Shown: one piece after another, positions 58,648-64,000 of the stretch | Layout of the letters: every line of letters begins with the position of its first letter | How positions within the stretch are numbered: the stretch's first letter is position 1 | Assembly (NCBI GenBank): GCA_041596165.1 | Contig: JBFHJA010000001.1 | Span: forward strand, 18,956 to 82,955 | DNA length: 64,000 nucleotides | Origin: Draconibacterium sp. | Lineage (GTDB): Bacteria; Bacteroidota; Bacteroidia; Bacteroidales; Prolixibacteraceae | Direction of reading: 5' to 3' | Program-made: the position numbers and the translations under genes | The notes under the pieces: model-generated | Database searches by the model: none | What the model saw: only the letters and a program-made list of their open reading frames with translations | What the model was told of the DNA's origin: nothing

Positions 58648-58707
58648 ATTATGTAAATCATTCCATAAATTATGTAACACGTTAAAGTATTGATGGTTGT
58701 ATCTTTG
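58648..58707 (+). promoter_or_regulatory. AraC-type operator plus promoter, copy 4
   Basis: ATTATGTAA twice at 21-bp period; TATCTTTG at 58700. Confidence 0.7.
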
Positions 58708-58737
58708 AAATAGTTAAACATTTAAAAATTATAAATT

Positions 58738-58977
58738 ATGAAAACACTAAAAGAATTATTTGGAGGAAAAAGCAACAATGTTGCCGAAAAACTTACTAAC
58801 CAAAACAGTGATAACAATATAGCAGCTAATGAGGCTGGTTATCAATGCCCTATGAAATGCGAAGGGGACAAAATCTATAACAAACCAGGCAATTGCCCTG
58901 AATGTAACATGAAATTAGTACCGGTTAGTAGTAAAACTTCACATAGCCATCACAAACATAACCATGGTTGCTGTTAA
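58738..58977 (+). CDS. HMBD mini-protein with His/Cys tail
   Basis: YQCPMKCEGDKIYNKPGNCPECNMKL..HSHHKHNHGCC. Confidence 0.75.
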   Translation: MKTLKELFGGKSNNVAEKLTNQNSDNNIAANEAGYQCPMKCEGDKIYNKPGNCPECNMKLVPVSSKTSHSHHKHNHGCC

Positions 58978-59034
58978 AACGGATTTTACTTATTGAAGTA
59001 ATAAATTATAAATTAAACATTCAAAATAAATACG

Positions 59035-59580
59035 ATGAAAACAATTAGAACAAAAACTACAATTTTTGTAGCAGTTTTATTATTAACAGTAAACGGTTAC
59101 AGTCAAAGCACTTCGGTTAATGCGATACTCGATAAACCGGAAACAAGAAACGAAGTATTTAACACCATTTTAGGCGATCATCAGTTAATGACTGAATTTA
59201 TGACAGCAATGAAGGGAAACGACCATGCCATGATGATGATGCAAAACAGTGATTCGCAAATGAAAGAGATGAAAGGGATGAAAGAAAATGGAGGGATGGA
59301 AAGTTCGTCAACAGAACATAAGATGCACCCTGGAGAAATGTCGGGAATGATGAAAGATAACCCGGAAATGATGATGAATATGATGGGAAACATGATGGAT
59401 ATGTGCGAAAAGGATTCGGTTATGGGCAACAAAATGGCAAACATGATGTCCGACCACCCTGAAATGATGAAAATGTGCATGGAAAAAATGAATGAAAAGG
59501 GGATGATGGGTAAAGACGGAAAAATGAAATTGATGAAACCTGCATCGTCAAAGGTTGAGAAAAAACACGAACACAAATAA
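59035..59580 (+). CDS. Secreted methionine-rich protein
   Basis: Signal peptide; about one residue in five is Met. Confidence 0.8.
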   Translation: MKTIRTKTTIFVAVLLLTVNGYSQSTSVNAILDKPETRNEVFNTILGDHQLMTEFMTAMKGNDHAMMMMQNSDSQMKEMKGMKENGGMESSSTEHKMHPGEMSGMMKDNPEMMMNMMGNMMDMCEKDSVMGNKMANMMSDHPEMMKMCMEKMNEKGMMGKDGKMKLMKPASSKVEKKHEHK

Positions 59581-59590
59581 TTGAAAAATC

Positions 59591-59977
59591 ATGAAATACT
59601 ACATCAGCAAAACAATAAAAACAAGCTTCGAAAATGCAGAAATACAAACAATCGAAGCATTGAAAAAAGAAGGATTTGGGGTATTGACTGAAATCGATAT
59701 TCAGGAGAAATTAAAAGAGAAACTGAATGTTGACTTCAGGAAATACAAAATCCTTGGAGCCTGCAACCCGCCAAAAGCCTATGAAGCATTAAAACATGAA
59801 GATAAAATTGGGGTTATGCTTCCCTGCAACGTAATCATTCAGGAATTGGCAAAAAACGAAATCGAAGTGGCTGCCGTTGATCCGGCAGCCTCGATGATGG
59901 CTGTAGAAAATCAGGCGCTTGCAAGTATTGCCGGCGAAATAAAAGCAAAACTGGAGCGAGTAATCGCTTCGCTCTAA
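59591..59977 (+). CDS. DUF302 protein
   Basis: GFGVLTEID, ILGACNP, LPCNV. Confidence 0.9.
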   Translation: MKYYISKTIKTSFENAEIQTIEALKKEGFGVLTEIDIQEKLKEKLNVDFRKYKILGACNPPKAYEALKHEDKIGVMLPCNVIIQELAKNEIEVAAVDPAASMMAVENQALASIAGEIKAKLERVIASL

Positions 59978-60000
59978 ATATCAAAAGAAAGGAAATTATT

Positions 60001-60225
60001 ATGATGGATGAGCTTGGAGGGCACTATTGGGGAATGGGATGGTGGTGGATCATCGTCCTTTTCATTATCGTGGCAATTGTTTGGATGGCCTTAAAAACGA
60101 TGAATAAAAAAAACAACATCAATACTTCATTTGGAAAAACACCACTGGATATACTTAAAGAAAGATACGCCAGCGGCGAAATCGGAAAAGAGGAATTTGA
60201 AGAACGCAAGAAAGACATAATGTAA
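60001..60225 (+). CDS. SHOCT-domain membrane protein
   Basis: TM helix plus PLDILKERYASGEIGKEEFEE. Confidence 0.85.
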   Translation: MMDELGGHYWGMGWWWIIVLFIIVAIVWMALKTMNKKNNINTSFGKTPLDILKERYASGEIGKEEFEERKKDIM

Positions 60226-60333
60226 GATTGTTTAAGCAAGTTTCAAATGAAGTAATGTCTTTCAAAAATTCCGGAACACATTTCCGGTTTAAGGATGATG
60301 ATTTTTACTGTCTGAGATTAATTTAATAACATA

Positions 60334-61833
60334 ATGAAAAACACATTAATAATAATAGTTCTGTTTTCAATCGGACTGATCTTTAGCACCGGTTGTTCGG
60401 GTGAAAAAAAATCACCTGATCTGGTTTCTATTGAAACAAGTGAGATAACACCTTTACCTGGCAATTCAGAAAAGGGGAATATTTCAAACGGATTTGGAGA
60501 TTTTGTAACCGCCTCAAAAGCCGTGATGCCTGCAGTGGTTCATATTAAAACCCTCTTCAAAAATTCCTCTTCAGGGTTCAATAATAATTTTGGACAACCC
60601 TATGGTTCGCGATCCGAAATTCCTGCAATGGCTTCAGGTTCTGGTGTTATAATAACTGAGGATGGATTTATAGCAACAAATAATCATGTTGTTGAAGACG
60701 CTTCAGAAATTGAAGTCATATTGCCTGATAAGCGTGAGTTTTCCGCAGAATTGGTTGGTCGTGATCCCAATACCGATCTGGCGCTATTAAAAATAAAAGC
60801 GGAAGGACTTCCTACTGTAAAATTAGGAAATTCTGATATTGTCCAGGTTGGTGAATGGGTATTGGCTATTGGTTATCCTTTTTCGCTAAATACAACTGTA
60901 ACTGCGGGGATTGTAAGCGCCAAGGCAAGAAGCATCGGAATAATTAACCGCCCCGGGAGAGACAATTCTGAAGGTAATCAGAGAACAACCGGTAATACAG
61001 CAATTGAATCTTTTATTCAAACTGATGCTGCAATTAATCCCGGGAATAGTGGAGGTGCACTTGTAAATACTGATGGAGAACTGATTGGAATTAATAGCGC
61101 AATTGCTTCTCAAACAGGTAGCTATTCAGGATATTCTTTTGCAATACCTGTAAACCTGGCTAAAAAAATTCTGGATGATCTTAAACAGTTTGGTTCGGTT
61201 AACCGGGGAATATTGGGAGTTGCATTTCCTTCACCTTCAGTTGAAGAGCAGTATTTTAAGCAACAGGGTATTGCACTGGGGTCGATAAAAGGTGTCTTTA
61301 TAACAAGTGTAATGAGCGAAAGTGCAGCAGCAGAGGCAGGTCTTAAAGAAGGCGATATTATACAAAGTATAGATGGGATACAATTGGCTTCATCAACAGA
61401 GTTTTCGGAAAGGATTGCAAGGCATCGGCCCGGCGATATCATCAAACTAAGCTATTTGCGTGACGGAAAAATTAACACTGTTTCAGCAACTTTAAAAGGT
61501 GAGACACCTGTAAAGATTGCTGCTAACAGTAATGAATCACTGGATCAAATTTATGCTAAACTCGGTGTCAGTTTTGCACCGCTTACCGAACGGCAGAAAC
61601 AATACTTCAATATTAATACAGGGGTGGTAGTAACAAATGTTCGCAAGGGTGGTTTTTTTGATCAGAATGGAATTCCCGTTGGAACTATAATTGCCTTTAT
61701 AAATGGCAAACCTATCAATAATTCCAAAGATATTGATCAGGCCTTTTTATCTGCTCAAAGAGGAAATATACAAATCTTCGCGATTGCACCTGATGGATCC
61801 AAGGTAATATTCAATTTTTCGTTAGGCACTTAA
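60334..61833 (+). CDS. degP: DegP/HtrA (Do) serine protease with PDZ domains
   Basis: GSGVI, TNNHV, DLALLK, QTDAAINPGNSGG; lipobox-like STGC. Confidence 0.92.
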   Translation: MKNTLIIIVLFSIGLIFSTGCSGEKKSPDLVSIETSEITPLPGNSEKGNISNGFGDFVTASKAVMPAVVHIKTLFKNSSSGFNNNFGQPYGSRSEIPAMASGSGVIITEDGFIATNNHVVEDASEIEVILPDKREFSAELVGRDPNTDLALLKIKAEGLPTVKLGNSDIVQVGEWVLAIGYPFSLNTTVTAGIVSAKARSIGIINRPGRDNSEGNQRTTGNTAIESFIQTDAAINPGNSGGALVNTDGELIGINSAIASQTGSYSGYSFAIPVNLAKKILDDLKQFGSVNRGILGVAFPSPSVEEQYFKQQGIALGSIKGVFITSVMSESAAAEAGLKEGDIIQSIDGIQLASSTEFSERIARHRPGDIIKLSYLRDGKINTVSATLKGETPVKIAANSNESLDQIYAKLGVSFAPLTERQKQYFNINTGVVVTNVRKGGFFDQNGIPVGTIIAFINGKPINNSKDIDQAFLSAQRGNIQIFAIAPDGSKVIFNFSLGT

Positions 61834-61857
61834 TAATCAATAGAAAGGAGAATTATC

Positions 61858-62088
61858 ATGCATGATTTTAATGGAATGGAATGGGGAATGAGAATGGGAT
61901 GGTGGTGGATCATTGGTATAGTCATTATAGTGGCAATTGTTTGGATGGCCTTAAAAGCAATGAAAAAAAACAGGAACAGAAACACTTCATTCGCCAAATC
62001 GCCACTGGATATACTTAAAGAAATATATGACAGGGGCGAAATAGACAAACAAGAATTTGAGGAGAAAAAAAATATCCTCGGTTCATAA
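61858..62088 (+). CDS. SHOCT-domain membrane protein (paralog of 60001)
   Basis: MGWWWII..IVAIVWMALK..PLDILKE..GEIDK. Confidence 0.85.
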   Translation: MHDFNGMEWGMRMGWWWIIGIVIIVAIVWMALKAMKKNRNRNTSFAKSPLDILKEIYDRGEIDKQEFEEKKNILGS

Positions 62089-62186
62089 TGTTTGGTCAAA
62101 GGATTTATTTCATCTAAGAAAAGGCATTTAATGCATTTCGAAATAAATCAAAATGAAAAAGAAGAATAATTTTAAAATTAAAGAAA

Positions 62187-62429
62187 ATGAAAAAAGCAAA
62201 TAGTTTTATAATCGTAAAAACAATTTCGGTATTAACCGGAAAAGAACAAAGTGACTGCAGAGTATTATTAAAAGATATGTTAAAACAACAAGGCATAATA
62301 AGTCTGTGCCTCGACAAAGAAAATCTTTTTGTCGAGTACAATCCTGAAATTTTAAACCTTGAAAAAATATATCAAATGATGGAAAATGTTGGATTCCCAG
62401 CTGATAAGGAAATTACAAATGTTGCCTAA
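62187..62429 (+). CDS. Degenerate HMA-like protein
   Basis: 80 aa, GII..LFVEYNPEILNLEKI..VGF pattern. Confidence 0.5.
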   Translation: MKKANSFIIVKTISVLTGKEQSDCRVLLKDMLKQQGIISLCLDKENLFVEYNPEILNLEKIYQMMENVGFPADKEITNVA

Positions 62430-62489
62430 GACATTTTGTTAAGACAAAGCTAAAAAAACCAGTTTTAATTTATTTAAAGGAATACGAAA

Positions 62490-63155
62490 ATGGAAAGAGG
62501 AATTGAACATTCAGGGGCATGGGTAATAGCATTGATTGTTATTGTAATTGCATCATGGTTTTTATACCGTTATCTCGCCCCTAAGACTTGGCGGGAGTGG
62601 GCAGGAGCAGGACTAATCCAGGCATTTATCATTGCATTGTATGCCGAGATGTACGGTTTTCCTCTTACAATTTACCTGCTTGTCCGTTTTTTTGGATTAG
62701 ACAGGGATTATCTTAATGCAAACCTTTGGTCCACTTTGGTAGGTTTTGGTGAAACAGGGATGATGATTTCAATGATAGCAGGTTATCTCCTGCTTTTTAT
62801 AGGTTTTGGTATTTTTCTTCAAGGTTGGCGACAAGTTTATCGCGCCCGTCAGGAAAAAAGATTAGTGACTGGCGGTTTGTATAGTTTGGTGCGTCATCCG
62901 CAATATACAGGCTTGTTTATAGCACTTTTCGGAGAAGGCATTGTCCACTGGCCGACTTTGTTTTCAATAGGCCTGTTCCCAGTTATCGTACTGGTATATG
63001 TAAGGCTTGCCTATAAAGAAGAAAAAAAGGTTATCGAACAATTCGGGGAAGAATATATCGAATACCGTAGAAATGTACCAGGATTTCTTCCTTTAAAAGG
63101 TAACTGGAAACAGTTTGTTGCAAAATCTGAAAATACGTTTCAGGATAAATCATAA
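62490..63155 (+). CDS. Isoprenylcysteine carboxyl methyltransferase-family membrane protein
   Basis: EMYGFPLT, GLYSLVRHPQY, EE..FGEEY..Y..VP. Confidence 0.88.
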   Translation: MERGIEHSGAWVIALIVIVIASWFLYRYLAPKTWREWAGAGLIQAFIIALYAEMYGFPLTIYLLVRFFGLDRDYLNANLWSTLVGFGETGMMISMIAGYLLLFIGFGIFLQGWRQVYRARQEKRLVTGGLYSLVRHPQYTGLFIALFGEGIVHWPTLFSIGLFPVIVLVYVRLAYKEEKKVIEQFGEEYIEYRRNVPGFLPLKGNWKQFVAKSENTFQDKS

Positions 63156-63243
63156 AAGAAGAGGCAATAATAGGATTAACACAGTAATCAATACGATTAA
63201 TTATTCACTAAAATAAACGTCCAAAAAAATAAAAAATTTCGAC

Positions 63244-64000
63244 ATGAATAAAAAGAGCATCAACCATTCGCATCACAAGCACAATGAGATAACCCATGAA
63301 AAAAATCATGAGCAGTATTACTGCCCCATGAAATGTGAAGGAGAAAAAGTATATGATAAACCTGGCGATTGTCCGGTTTGTAACATGCACCTTGTCCCTG
63401 TCGATGGGCAAAAAATGGAGAGCCATTCGCATAATCATGCTCACGAACACCATAAGTATAAAGAAGAAACGCATGTTGCAAAAAGTGAGGGCATATACTA
63501 CTGCCCCATGCACTGCGAAGGCGATAAAACCTACGAAAAACCGGGTGACTGCCCAAAGTGTGGGATGCACCTGAAAAAGGAAGAAACAAAAGTAAAGCAG
63601 GTTGGCGAAAAAACCATTTACACCTGCCCAATGCATCCCGAAGTAAAAAAGGATGGCCCTGGGAATTGCCCAAAATGCGGAATGACTTTAGTTCCAGAAA
63701 AAGGGGAAGAAACGAGCGAGGAAGAAAAAGCCTATAAACAAATGGCAAAAAAATTCTGGATTGCCCTCATTTTGACCGTTCCGGTTTTGATTATTGCGAT
63801 GTCAGAATTTATATCATTTTTAAATTTTGAATCTATTGCTCCTAAAAAAGTCTGGAACTGGGTGGAATTTGTTTTGGCAACACCTGTTCTTTTTTACTCA
63901 AGCTGGGATTTCTTCAGGCGGGGATGGAGTTCAATTATTAGGTGGATGCCCAACATGTGGACATTGATTTCAATTGGCGTTGGGGCTGCCTATATTTTTA
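63244..64000 (+). CDS. copA: Heavy-metal (Cu) P1B-type ATPase, N-terminal part, runs off the window
   Basis: Three HMBD repeats (YYCPMKCEG, YYCPMHCEG, YTCPMHPEV) with His-rich linkers, then TM helices LATPV..FF.RGW..NMWTLISIG. Confidence 0.85.
   Translation, partial: MNKKSINHSHHKHNEITHEKNHEQYYCPMKCEGEKVYDKPGDCPVCNMHLVPVDGQKMESHSHNHAHEHHKYKEETHVAKSEGIYYCPMHCEGDKTYEKPGDCPKCGMHLKKEETKVKQVGEKTIYTCPMHPEVKKDGPGNCPKCGMTLVPEKGEETSEEEKAYKQMAKKFWIALILTVPVLIIAMSEFISFLNFESIAPKKVWNWVEFVLATPVLFYSSWDFFRRGWSSIIRWMPNMWTLISIGVGAAYIF

Noticed and set aside
37292-63748. Numerous antisense and alternate-frame ORFs inside the metal-island genes
   Set aside because: Shadows of well-supported plus-strand genes; those at 63208-63748 overlap the P-type ATPase frame
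1-64000. tRNA, rRNA, CRISPR arrays, reverse transcriptase or DGR
   Set aside because: None recognised in the window

Overview
AT-rich DNA, probably Bacteroidota: promoters match TAnnTTTG, translation starts are A-rich without SD, and the gene families fit. The window has three blocks. (1) 1-4.6 kb: an AAA-ATPase/S8-protease (IetAS-like) defence pair, then an IS256 inserted into an attC-like hairpin. (2) About 4.7-35.5 kb: a composite mobile element. An apparently intact phage head/packaging module (S49 protease-scaffold, capsid, two tube-like paralogs, a glycosylation trio, a PLD-like protein, terminase) has no recognisable portal, tape measure, integrase or relaxase in the window. It lies, with R-M/TA cargo and a traN remnant, between two arrays of leading-region-type genes (SSB-like, DUF4326, SLOG, DUF4120, ArdC, methyltransferases). 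These arrays are preceded by long hairpins that look like ssDNA promoters, and they share six copies of a covarying pseudoknot-like leader motif that I cannot assign to a known RNA family. (3) 36-64 kb: a copper/heavy-metal island with a Cus-type RND system, a CopA-like ATPase start, two HMA-AraC regulators, four copies of a 21-bp-periodic operator and five free-standing Cys-rich mini-proteins. All family calls come from motif recognition by eye; no database searches were run.
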